Part shown: one piece after another, positions 1 to 9,135 of the stretch
How positions within the stretch are numbered: the stretch's first letter is position 1
Layout: each line of letters begins with the position of its first letter
From: an uncultured Verrucomicrobiae bacterium
GTDB taxonomy: Bacteria; Verrucomicrobiota; Verrucomicrobiia; Limisphaerales; Palsa-1400
DNA length: 64,000 nucleotides
Assembly (NCBI GenBank): GCA_963707025.1
Contig: CAVPOM010000007.1
Location: forward strand, 224,001-288,000
Direction of reading: 5' to 3'
The notes under the pieces: model-generated
Database searches by the model: none
Seen by the model: only the letters and a program-made list of their open reading frames with translations
What the model was told of the DNA's origin: nothing
Position numbers and translations under genes: made by a program

Positions 1-2
1 CG

Positions 3-371
3 GGCGGGCAATTGGGCGTTTACTTCATCCAGGCCGCCGACATGGCCCGCTTGAACGAACAATTCCTGGGCCACGCCGGCTCGACCGATGTGCTCACATT
101 TGATTACGCGGCCGGGGCCGAACCGGGCGGAAGGCGCGGCGAGATTTTTATTTCGGTGGACGACGCGGTGGCCAGCGCCCCGCGTTTTCGCGCCACCTGG
201 CAGTTGGAATTGGCCCGTTACCTGGTCCATGGCCTGTTGCATCTGCGGGGCTACGACGACCGGCGCCCGGCGGCGCGGCGGGAGATGAAAAAGGAAGAAG
301 ACCGCGTGTTAAAGGCATTGTCGCGCCGCTTTGATTGGGGCAAATTGGAAAGGGTCAAAAATGCCGTTTGA
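3..371 (+). CDS. ybeY: rRNA maturation endoribonuclease YbeY (5' truncated by window edge)
   Basis: TDVLTF, GEIFIS and HGLLHLRGYDD (HxxxHxxGYD) motifs. Confidence 0.9.
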   Translation, partial: GGQLGVYFIQAADMARLNEQFLGHAGSTDVLTFDYAAGAEPGGRRGEIFISVDDAVASAPRFRATWQLELARYLVHGLLHLRGYDDRRPAARREMKKEEDRVLKALSRRFDWGKLERVKNAV

Positions 372-1050
372 AGTCAACAACATCTTGAACCGGTGGCGGC
401 GGAATTTTCTGGCGGGCCTGGCGATTGCCATGCCCGGCATCATTTCCATCGCGGTGGTCGTCTGGCTTTTTCAGAACGTTTCCAACCTGACCGACCTGCT
501 GCTGTTCTTTCTGCCGCCCAGTGTGACCCATGCCGACGACGGGAAGGGAAAAATGTATTGGTATTGGAGTTGTTGCGCGCTGGTGCTGGCGGTGTTTCTC
601 ATTGGCCTGGTCGGAAGCCTGGCCCGCGATTATTTTGGGCGCAAAGCCATTAAATGGGCCGACGCGGCCTTGATGGGCATTCCCCTGCTCAACAAGATCT
701 ACGGCACGGTCAAGCAGGTCAACCAATCGTTTTCCAACAACAAATCGGCCTTTCAGCAGGTGGTGCTGGTGGCCTTCCCGCACCCCGGCGCGCGCGCCAT
801 CGGTTTTGTCACCGGCGAACAAAAGAATCTCGGCCCGGAGAAATTGCTCAGCGTTTTCGTTCCCACCACACCCAACCCGACCTCCGGTTTTCTGCTGTTG
901 TTGCCGGAGCACGCGATGGTCAAACTGGACATGTCGGTGGGCGACGGGATTAAATTTGTCATCAGTCTTGGGGCCATTTCGCCGGGGCAGGCGGCCCATG
1001 CCATCTCGGCGCTGGCGCCGGGGCGTGAGGAACAGCCTCCGGAAATATGA
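361..1050 (+). CDS. DUF502 family membrane protein
   Basis: Two TM segments, IPLLNKIY, VFVPTTPNPTSGFL signature; ATG at 361 overlaps ybeY end. Confidence 0.85.
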   Translation: MPFEVNNILNRWRRNFLAGLAIAMPGIISIAVVVWLFQNVSNLTDLLLFFLPPSVTHADDGKGKMYWYWSCCALVLAVFLIGLVGSLARDYFGRKAIKWADAALMGIPLLNKIYGTVKQVNQSFSNNKSAFQQVVLVAFPHPGARAIGFVTGEQKNLGPEKLLSVFVPTTPNPTSGFLLLLPEHAMVKLDMSVGDGIKFVISLGAISPGQAAHAISALAPGREEQPPEI

Positions 1051-1709
1051 ACTGCGAGCGCGCCACCGGAGTGGTCTTGCGCACGCGGCCGCTGACGGAC
1101 AGCAGCCTGGTGGTCCACTGGCTGACGGCCGGGCTGGGGCGTCTGGCCACGGTGGCCAAGGGGGCGCGGCGGCCCAAGTCGCCGTTTCGGGGGCAGTTGG
1201 ATCTTTTTTATCTGGCCGATTTGAGTTTTGCGCGCAGCCGGCGGTCGGAGTTGCATGCGCTGCGCGAAGTGCAGGTGCTGGAAACCCACCGCGGCCTGCG
1301 CCAGGACCTGGCCCATCTCCAGCAAGCTTCCTACTGCGCCCTGCTCATCGAACAAACCACCGAAACGGAAGCGCCCCTGGGCGCCTTGTTCGATCAATTC
1401 ACGGGCCTGCTGGGCGTCCTGCCCAGGGAGCCGCCCGGCCCCAAACCATTTTTGCCTTCGAGATGAAGTTGCTGGAGGAGCTGGGCTTGCAGCCGGACCT
1501 GGCCGGGACGAAATTGAGCGCGGGCGCGCGGCAAATTTTGCGGCGGATGGAGGAAGCGGAATGGGAGGCGGTTTTCCGGCTGCGGCTGAGCGCGGCGCAG
1601 GCGGAGGAAATTGGCCAATTCCTGCACGGCTTCCTGATTTATCATCTGGGAAAAATCCCCGCAGGCCGCCACGCCTGGCCTGGCGGGCGGAGGGCCGGAG
1701 GCCAAATAA
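1047..1709 (+). CDS. recO: DNA repair protein RecO (frameshift near 1440; 3' end approximate)
   Basis: GVVLRTRPLTDSSLVVHWLT..GRLATVAKGARRPKSPF; continues in another frame as FEMKLLEELGLQPDL..FLIYHLGKIP. Confidence 0.8.
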
Positions 1710-1853
1710 TTCCGTGGCTCGCGCCGGCGGCACAATCTGCTGGCCGGATGGAAAAGGCACTCCGCAAGTCTTGCCGGACGTGGCCAGGCTGCGCGAGACA
1801 AACTAAACCGGCCTCCAGCCAGGTCAGCCCAGGGCGACGGCCTTTTCCGGATC

Positions 1854-1974
1854 GGGACCTCTGCAAAACGCGCGTCCACAATTGCAGCGGCGGTCTATGA
1901 CCGCCGCAAACCAGCGGAAATAAGGGCATGGCGGCGGTCAAAGACCGCTGCTACAGGAGTTTTGCAGAGGTCTC
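1854..1974. mobile_element. MITE-like element with 16-bp TIRs enclosing an inverted pair of GTAG-type REP hairpins
   Basis: GGGACCTCTGCAAAAC (1854-1869) and GTTTTGCAGAGGTCTC (1959-1974); inner GCAGCGGCGGTCTATGACCGCCGC and GGCGGCGGTCAAAGACCGCTGCTAC. Confidence 0.7.
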
Positions 1975-3773
1975 TGCTCGGGTTCCCGCCACTTGCCGTG
2001 TTCGCGGATGAGATCCACCAGGCGGTCCACCGCCTCGGCTTCGGGAATGTTGAACTTGACAGGGTTCTTGCCGACGTAGAGGTTGATTTTGTTGGGCGCG
2101 CCGCCCACGTAGCCAAAATCGGCGTCGGCCATTTCTCCGGGGCCGTTGACGATGCAGCCCATGATGGCAATCTTCACTCCCTTCAAATGCACGGTGCGCT
2201 CTTTGATGCGGGCGGTGACGGTCTGCAAATTGAACAGGGTCCGGCCACAGGAAGGACAGGCCACGAAATCGGTCTTGAAGCTGCGGCAGCCGGCGGCTTG
2301 CAAAAGGTTGTAGGCCAGACGCAGGCTTTGGCCCGCCCCCGCTTCGCCGCGAATCAAGATGGCGTCGCCAATCCCGTCCGCCAGCAGGGAACCCAGGACG
2401 ACGGAGGCCCGCAGCAAGGCGATCTTCGGCTCCAGCGGCACGGCCTCCAAGCGGAGGCAGTCCTTGAGCAAAATGGGGTTGTGGCGGCCCAGGGCCTTGA
2501 GCTTGGCGGCCAGCAGGCGAAAGGCCGGGATGGCAGGAAGAGCCACGCCGTCCTTGACCGTGACAAGCTGGGTGTCGGCAGGGATGGCGAAATCGGCCGC
2601 GGGATCAATTTCCTGGAGCTTGAGGTCTTCGTAAATCGCCTCGGGCCGGACGTTGTCTTTGGGCTGGATGCGCGGGGCGACTTTCTCCCAGGTGGCGCGG
2701 GTGACGACGACCCGCACGGTTTGTTGGCCGCCGCATTTGCTGGACTGGCCCAGGGCAATTTCCGGCGTCTTGCGCCGGGTGAAGGCGAAGGGGTCGAAGG
2801 GATTGGGAATGGGGTGTTGGGGATTGCGGACGGCGGATTTAAGGTCCAGAAAATCCGCGCTGCCTTGCACGGTCAGGGTTGGAATTTGCGCCAACAGATC
2901 GGTGCAGACGGCGATTTCGTTGGGGGAATCTTCGGTCAGGGAAACGCGGAGGGTGTCGCCCAGGCCGTCGCACAGGAGCGAGCCGATGCCGATGGCGCTT
3001 TTGATGCGGCCATCCTCGCCTTCGCCGGCTTCGGTCACGCCGAGGTGGATGGGGTAGTTCCAATCCGGCCCCAATTCCACCAGGCGGGCCACGAGCAGGC
3101 GGTAGCACTCGATCATGACCTTGGGGTTGCTGGCCTTCATGGAGAATTTGAAGTTGTGGAAATTGTGCTGGCGGGCGATGCGGGCAAACTCCAGGGCGCT
3201 CTCCACCATGCCCAGCGGGGTGTCGCCGTAACGGTTCATGATGCGGTCGCTCAAGGAACCATGATTGGTGCCGATGCGCAAGGCCCGGCCCAGTTGCTGG
3301 CAGAGCTGGACCAGGGGGGTGAATTGTTCCTCGAGGCGGGCCAGTTCGGCGGCGTATTGCTCGTGGCTGTATTCGCGCACGGCGAATTTCTTCTTGTCGG
3401 CGTAGTTGCCGGGATTGACGCGCACCATCTCCACCCAGCGGGCGGCTTCCAGGGCGGCGTCGGGCTTGAAATGGATGTCGGCCACAATGGGCACGCGGCA
3501 GTGGCGGGCGCGGAGTTCGGCGACAATGTTTTTGAGGTTGGCGGCGTCCTTGACGGTGGGGGCGGTGATGCGGACGATCTGGCAGCCGGCGGCCACCAGT
3601 TCGAGGGTTTGTTTGACGCACTCGGCGGTGTCCATCGTGTCGCAGGTGAGCATGGACTGTTTGACGACGGGGTGATGGCCGCCGAGGATGAGGCCGCCGT
3701 TGGCGGGATCGCCCACGATGACTTCGCGGGTCTTGCGCCGGGTGTAGAAGAAAGGCGACTGGCAGTAGCGCAT
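1938..3773 (-). CDS. ispG: (E)-4-hydroxy-3-methylbut-2-enyl-diphosphate synthase, long form
   Basis: QSM, VADIHF, RVNPGN, RIGTNHGSLS, HLGVTEAG, CPSCGR, IMGCIVNGPGE. Confidence 0.97.
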   Translation of the reverse strand: MRYCQSPFFYTRRKTREVIVGDPANGGLILGGHHPVVKQSMLTCDTMDTAECVKQTLELVAAGCQIVRITAPTVKDAANLKNIVAELRARHCRVPIVADIHFKPDAALEAARWVEMVRVNPGNYADKKKFAVREYSHEQYAAELARLEEQFTPLVQLCQQLGRALRIGTNHGSLSDRIMNRYGDTPLGMVESALEFARIARQHNFHNFKFSMKASNPKVMIECYRLLVARLVELGPDWNYPIHLGVTEAGEGEDGRIKSAIGIGSLLCDGLGDTLRVSLTEDSPNEIAVCTDLLAQIPTLTVQGSADFLDLKSAVRNPQHPIPNPFDPFAFTRRKTPEIALGQSSKCGGQQTVRVVVTRATWEKVAPRIQPKDNVRPEAIYEDLKLQEIDPAADFAIPADTQLVTVKDGVALPAIPAFRLLAAKLKALGRHNPILLKDCLRLEAVPLEPKIALLRASVVLGSLLADGIGDAILIRGEAGAGQSLRLAYNLLQAAGCRSFKTDFVACPSCGRTLFNLQTVTARIKERTVHLKGVKIAIMGCIVNGPGEMADADFGYVGGAPNKINLYVGKNPVKFNIPEAEAVDRLVDLIREHGKWREPEQRPLQNSCSSGL

Positions 3774-3777
3774 GGGT

Positions 3778-5187
3778 TTACTGGCCCGGATTGGCCGGGT
3801 GCGGGGCGGGTTTGGCGGGCTGCTCGATTTGAGATTCCTGGCTGAACAAGACCCGGATCAGAGGCAGCCGGCGCAAATCGAAGAAGGTGACGTAGAGCAT
3901 GAAGGAGATGAGCAGGACGGCAAAGACGGTGGTGATGTATTCGACCAGGCGAACGTCCAGGGGCCGGCGGCGAATCCGCTCCAACACGGCCATGACGATG
4001 TGGCCGCCATCCAGAACCGGAATGGGCAGCAGATTGATGATGGCCAGATTGATATTGAGCATGACCAGAAAACCCAGCGCCAGCCGGTAGTCGGTGTTCA
4101 CTTTGACCGCCAGAAAACTGATGATCCCGACCGGGCCGGCCAAATCGCTGGCCTTGACTCCGCTGGAATGGGAATGCACCAGGGCGCTGATCGTGCCGGT
4201 CAATTGACCGAGAACCTCGGTGATCTGGGCCAGCGGCGTGGGGTGTTCCAGCACATAAACGTCCTTGCTGAACCCGAACTCCACGCCGAGCCGGCCTTTT
4301 TTGGCCACCATCTCCGTCGCGGGCGTCACGTTCACGGTCAGGCGCTCGCGGCCGCGCTTGACCACCAGCGGGGTGGCATGGCCGGCGCACTTCTGCAACA
4401 GATTGGTCAGTTGTTTGAAGCCGCTGATCGGCACGCCCGCGAAATTGACGATTTCGTCGTTGGTTTGCAGATGCGCTTTTTCCGCCGGGCTGTCCGCTTT
4501 CACCGTTTTGACGATGAGCAGATCGCGCGGGCTTAAGTTGAGCGTTTTGAGGTCAATCAGCGCTTTGACTTCGGGGGCTTCGTTGGCCGCGGCCTTCAAC
4601 AGGTAAGTGTTGGTCTTGCCCTCGCGCTTGATGGCGACGGGCAAAACATTGGTCAAGGCCAGCGCCGTGGCGTTGTTCACGTCCTCCCAGGATTTGACCG
4701 CCTTGCCATTGACGGCCACGATCTCGTCGCCGTCCTGAATGCCCAACGCGGCCTCCGGCGTGCCCGGTTCGACGTAGCCAATGATGGAAGGATTGACCGG
4801 CACGGGCAGGCCGACCCAAAAAATGACGGAGGCGATGGCAAAGGCAAAAGCCACGTTCATAAATGGCCCGGCCGCAGCCACCAGGATCTTCGACCAGGGC
4901 GGGGCCGGAGGGATTTGTTCCTGGCTGGCTTCCCCCTCAATGGCGGCGGCGGTGATCATTTGGGGCAGCTTGACGAAACCGCCCGCCGGAATCCAGCGCA
5001 CCGAATACTCGATGCCGTCGCGCACCCAGCCAAAAATCTTCGGGCCGAATCCGATGGCGAAAGCCTCGACTTTCATGCCGCGGCGGCGTGCCACCCAATA
5101 ATGGCCGAACTCGTGGACGAAGATGGCCGCCCCGAAGAGCAGGACGACAGCCGCGCCGATTTTCAAATAATTCAGAACTTCAGTCAT
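3778..5187 (-). CDS. rseP: RIP metalloprotease RseP with two PDZ domains
   Basis: HEFGH, AAGPFMN, NLLPIPVLDGGH; next to ispG. Confidence 0.95.
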   Translation of the reverse strand: MTEVLNYLKIGAAVVLLFGAAIFVHEFGHYWVARRRGMKVEAFAIGFGPKIFGWVRDGIEYSVRWIPAGGFVKLPQMITAAAIEGEASQEQIPPAPPWSKILVAAAGPFMNVAFAFAIASVIFWVGLPVPVNPSIIGYVEPGTPEAALGIQDGDEIVAVNGKAVKSWEDVNNATALALTNVLPVAIKREGKTNTYLLKAAANEAPEVKALIDLKTLNLSPRDLLIVKTVKADSPAEKAHLQTNDEIVNFAGVPISGFKQLTNLLQKCAGHATPLVVKRGRERLTVNVTPATEMVAKKGRLGVEFGFSKDVYVLEHPTPLAQITEVLGQLTGTISALVHSHSSGVKASDLAGPVGIISFLAVKVNTDYRLALGFLVMLNINLAIINLLPIPVLDGGHIVMAVLERIRRRPLDVRLVEYITTVFAVLLISFMLYVTFFDLRRLPLIRVLFSQESQIEQPAKPAPHPANPGQ

Positions 5188-5333
5188 TAGGAACCGGGCC
5201 GTTTTGGCGACAGGGAAAGTCTAACTGGTAAATCCTTAAAAGCAAAATGCAAATTGCGAAACAAAGCAGGGGGCAGCTTGATGCCGCCACCATGCCATTT
5301 GCCTTTCCCCCGCCCCGCGAAGTGGCGAGAGGG

Positions 5334-7541
5334 TCAGGGCGGGGGATTGCGGGAGGGGAGTTGATCAAGGGCCTGGCGGGCGGGCTGGTTGTTTGGGTCC
5401 AGACGAAGGACTTGCTCAAACTCCGTTTTTGCCTCGGCCATGCGGCCCTGGCGGGATAGTTCCCCAGCCAAAGCAAGGTGCCCGTCCGCATATTCCGGGC
5501 GGATCTGGATGGCTTTGCGAAATTGGGCCAGGGCGGCGGCGGGCCGGTTCATCCTGGACAACAGCCTGCCCAGGCAGGCGTAGAAGGCGGGTTGTTCAGG
5601 CTCCAGGCTGCAGGCCCGTTCGCATTCCTGGAGGGCCGGCTCATATTTTCCCTCGCTGGCGTGGATGTTGCTCAATTCGTACCACGCCGCCGTCATTCTC
5701 GGATTCAAAGCCACCGTCTGGCGGAAGGCAGATTCGGCCGCATCCAGTTGCCCCTGTTTCTCCAGCATGCGGGCCTGCTGCAAATAACCCAGATAGTAGT
5801 GCGGCAACAGCGCCTGCACTTCCTTCCAGGAAGAGGCGGCGTCGCGCCAGTCTCCGATGGCTTCCAGAAAATCACCGTAATCGAAGCGCAACTGGTAATC
5901 GTCCGGATCACGCCCGATGTCCTCCAGATAAATCGCGCGGGCGCGGCCGGCCGCGGCGGCGTCCATCTGCCGGCGCAAAATGTTCAATTGGTTGCGCAGG
6001 TTTTCCAACTCGGCGGCGTTGCCGGACTGGCCGCTCCAGGGAGGTTGCAGCCGGCGGCGGATGACTTCGCTGACGGTCGCGCTCCGGTTCCAATCCGTCA
6101 AGGCCAGCCGTGCCTCGGCGGCCCCCTGCGCAAGCCAGGGATGGGTGGCGCCAGGCCCGGCGGAGACGGGCAGGAGCGGCGCGATTTTTTCCGCCCACGC
6201 CCGGCCCAGACGGTAGTTGCCGTCGAAATTGAAATGGACATGCTCGAAGAAGGTTTCGTCGCCGCACAGATTCGCCGGGCTGTCGGCGGCCAGGGCGGCG
6301 GCGGCGTCAAACAAAAGGAGGTTGGAGCCGGCCGAGGGCGGGGCGGCCTGGCGGATCAGGTCGTTGATGCGCGCATCGGCGCGAAAAGGAAGGGCGTCGC
6401 AGTTGCAGGCCATTTGATAATGTTCCCGCGCGGCGGCGGTGTTGCTCAGGCTCAACAAACACCCGGCCCAGCCATACTGGCAGTCGGCGGACAGGGGCTG
6501 GAGTTTGGCCGCCCGCTCGAAATCCCGGGCCGCCTCCCCGAACCGGCCTTGCCGCCGGGCCTGGGCGGCGTCGGCCGCCAGTTGTTCCCAAGAGGCCCGA
6601 TCCGCCGGGGGCAGGTTGGTGGGGGGCAGGGAGGCGAAAGGCGGACAGTCCTTGAGATTGACAGCCACGGTGTTGAGAATGACGCGCACGCCCGCGTCCC
6701 GGCCCGCCTGGAGGAGGTCGCGCAGGTTCTGTTGGAAATTGCGATAGACCCTCTCCTTGCGCGGGTCATCCGGCGCCAGCGGATGGCCCAGGAACATCTC
6801 CATCCCGCCCCAGGCCGCGTTCCGGGAGGATTTGAATTGGAGATGGCGCACGCCCGCCATGAGCCACTGGCCGGCGCGGGTTTTTTGCAGGGCCAGGCTG
6901 AGGCGCACGGTCCATAAGGGCGGGGCCTGGGCCCCGAAGACGCTGGCGGCGCCGAAAGGCCCGACCATTTCGTTGTTGCCCATATAAACAATCCAGAAAT
7001 CGCCCTGCTGGCGGGCGCACTCGCGGGCGATGGGCAGAATGGCATGAGAGTTGATGGCGGTGATGGCGACGTTGACCACCTCGAACTTTTCTCCGGGAAA
7101 GTGATCGGACAACAGGGCCTGCAAATATCTCCCCGCCCCGTAAGCAGGATTGGGGTCGCCCAGCGCGGCGGATTCTCCGAGGATGAAAATGCGGCAGGTG
7201 CGGGGCGGCTTCTCCGCTGCCAGGCGCAGGGCGCCGGGCAGGCGGGCCAGTTGCGGCGGAAAAAAGCGGAGGACAAAACTGTCATTGTTGATGAGAAAGT
7301 CCCGGCCGTTGATGCGGGCTTTTTTGAAGAAGGCCGTGTCATAACCGTAGCCGGCGGCGCGCAAGACGCCTTCCAGCACGGCAAAGGCCAGCGCCGGCGC
7401 AAGCAGCAAGGCGAGCAGCGCAAAGAGCAGGCGGCGGCGCGGCGGCCGGGCGGCAACGGCTTCCGGGCGGCGCGGCGCGGCAGGCCCGCCCCCTTTGGGC
7501 TGGTTGGCCGCCTTGGAATTAGGACGCCGGCTTTTCAACAC
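5334..7541 (-). CDS. Membrane-anchored SGNH-like domain plus TPR protein
   Basis: N-terminal TM, RIFILGESAALG, VYMGNNE, EHVHFN, C-terminal TPR repeats. Confidence 0.75.
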   Translation of the reverse strand: MLKSRRPNSKAANQPKGGGPAAPRRPEAVAARPPRRRLLFALLALLLAPALAFAVLEGVLRAAGYGYDTAFFKKARINGRDFLINNDSFVLRFFPPQLARLPGALRLAAEKPPRTCRIFILGESAALGDPNPAYGAGRYLQALLSDHFPGEKFEVVNVAITAINSHAILPIARECARQQGDFWIVYMGNNEMVGPFGAASVFGAQAPPLWTVRLSLALQKTRAGQWLMAGVRHLQFKSSRNAAWGGMEMFLGHPLAPDDPRKERVYRNFQQNLRDLLQAGRDAGVRVILNTVAVNLKDCPPFASLPPTNLPPADRASWEQLAADAAQARRQGRFGEAARDFERAAKLQPLSADCQYGWAGCLLSLSNTAAAREHYQMACNCDALPFRADARINDLIRQAAPPSAGSNLLLFDAAAALAADSPANLCGDETFFEHVHFNFDGNYRLGRAWAEKIAPLLPVSAGPGATHPWLAQGAAEARLALTDWNRSATVSEVIRRRLQPPWSGQSGNAAELENLRNQLNILRRQMDAAAAGRARAIYLEDIGRDPDDYQLRFDYGDFLEAIGDWRDAASSWKEVQALLPHYYLGYLQQARMLEKQGQLDAAESAFRQTVALNPRMTAAWYELSNIHASEGKYEPALQECERACSLEPEQPAFYACLGRLLSRMNRPAAALAQFRKAIQIRPEYADGHLALAGELSRQGRMAEAKTEFEQVLRLDPNNQPARQALDQLPSRNPPP

Positions 7542-7639
7542 TGAATTCTAAGAAATGCCCCGCCGCTTGGCAATCTCCATGGCCGGCGCATCAAAGAATG
7601 ATTGACGCTGGCCTTTCGGCGGCGCAGACTCGCGCCAAG

Positions 7640-9058
7640 ATGAGGCTCAATCGGACAACTTGGCTGTTAGCGGCGGCGCTCACTCTCCCCGGCGCCGCTT
7701 TTTCCCAAACGAAAACAGTCGCGGTTTACGTGACCGCCAAAGACACGGGGCAACGGCTGGCCCGGGCCGGGGAGTTGTCCTGGATGGATCTTCCGCAACC
7801 TGCGGAACAGACGCAGGAGTGCGTCTTCGTGGATCCCTCCAAGACTTTCCAAACGGTAGTGGGAATCGGGGGAGCCTTGACCGATGCCGCGGCGGAGACC
7901 TATTACAAATTGCCGGAAGAGAAGCGGCGGCAATTCTTGCGGGCCTGTTTTGATCCGCAAAACGGCATCGGCTACACTCTGGGGCGCACCCACATCAACA
8001 GTTGCGATTTTTCCAGCGCCAGCTACACCTACGTGGCCGAGGGGGACCGGGAGTTGAAGAGTTTTAGCATTGCCCACGATTTGAAATATCGCATTCCCTT
8101 CATCAAAGAGGTGCTGGCCGCCGCGGGAAGGGAGATGAGCCTGTTCATTAGTCCGTGGAGCCCGCCGGCCTGGATGAAAGACAACCAGGACATGCTGCAC
8201 GGCGGGAAATTGAAGCCGGAATGTGATGAGGCCTGGGCGCGCTATTACGTCAAGTTCATCCAGGCTTATGAGAAGGAAGGCATTCCCATCTGGGGTCTGA
8301 CCGTGCAGAACGAGCCGATGGCGGTGCAACCCTGGGAATCTTGCCTCTACACCGCCTCGGAAGAACGCGACTTTGTCAAGAACCACCTCGGCCCGGCCTT
8401 GAGCCAGGCGGGATTGACCGGCAAAAAACTCATGATCTGGGACCATAATCGGAGCATGATGTATCAACGCGCCCAGGTGGTGCTGGAGGATGCGGAGGCC
8501 GCCAAATATGTGTGGGGTGTGGCCTTCCATTGGTATGTGGGCGACCATTTCGAGAATGTCAGCCGGGTGCGCGAAGCCTGGCCGAAAATCAACCTGTTGT
8601 TCAGCGAAGGCTGCCACGGCCCCTACGACGCCGCCAAACTGGACGACTGGCAATGGGGCGAACTCTACGGCACGGCCATGATCCATGATTTCAATGACGG
8701 CAGCGCCGGCTGGACGGATTGGAATGTCCTGCTGGACGAGCGCGGCGGACCGAACCATGTCAACAATTTCTGTTTCGCCCCGATTCACGGCGACACCAAA
8801 ACGGGGGAGCTGCGCTACATGAACTCCTACTATTACATCGGCCACTTCTCCAAATTCATCCGGCCGGGGGCGCGGCGGATCATCAGTTCCTCCACGGTGG
8901 ATGATTTGTTGACAACCGCCTTTGTCAACCCGGACGGCAAGATCGCCGTGGTGGTGATGAATGCCTCCGATGGGGCCCAGCCGTTTTATTTGTGGCTGGA
9001 TGGAAAGGCCGCCAAAACCAGCAGCCCGGCGCATTCCATTGCGACCTACCTGTTCTGA
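7640..9058 (+). CDS. Glycoside hydrolase family 30 (glucosylceramidase-like), secreted
   Basis: Signal peptide; GIGGALTDA, SCDFS, SPWSPPAWMK, TVQNEP (acid/base), SEGC (nucleophile). Confidence 0.92.
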   Translation: MRLNRTTWLLAAALTLPGAAFSQTKTVAVYVTAKDTGQRLARAGELSWMDLPQPAEQTQECVFVDPSKTFQTVVGIGGALTDAAAETYYKLPEEKRRQFLRACFDPQNGIGYTLGRTHINSCDFSSASYTYVAEGDRELKSFSIAHDLKYRIPFIKEVLAAAGREMSLFISPWSPPAWMKDNQDMLHGGKLKPECDEAWARYYVKFIQAYEKEGIPIWGLTVQNEPMAVQPWESCLYTASEERDFVKNHLGPALSQAGLTGKKLMIWDHNRSMMYQRAQVVLEDAEAAKYVWGVAFHWYVGDHFENVSRVREAWPKINLLFSEGCHGPYDAAKLDDWQWGELYGTAMIHDFNDGSAGWTDWNVLLDERGGPNHVNNFCFAPIHGDTKTGELRYMNSYYYIGHFSKFIRPGARRIISSSTVDDLLTTAFVNPDGKIAVVVMNASDGAQPFYLWLDGKAAKTSSPAHSIATYLF

Positions 9059-9135
9059 CCCGGTTCCCCCGGAAGTTGCGCTGATGGCTTTGCCGTTTCT
9101 GTATGACGAAACGTTCCAGTTCTTTGAGATCTATT

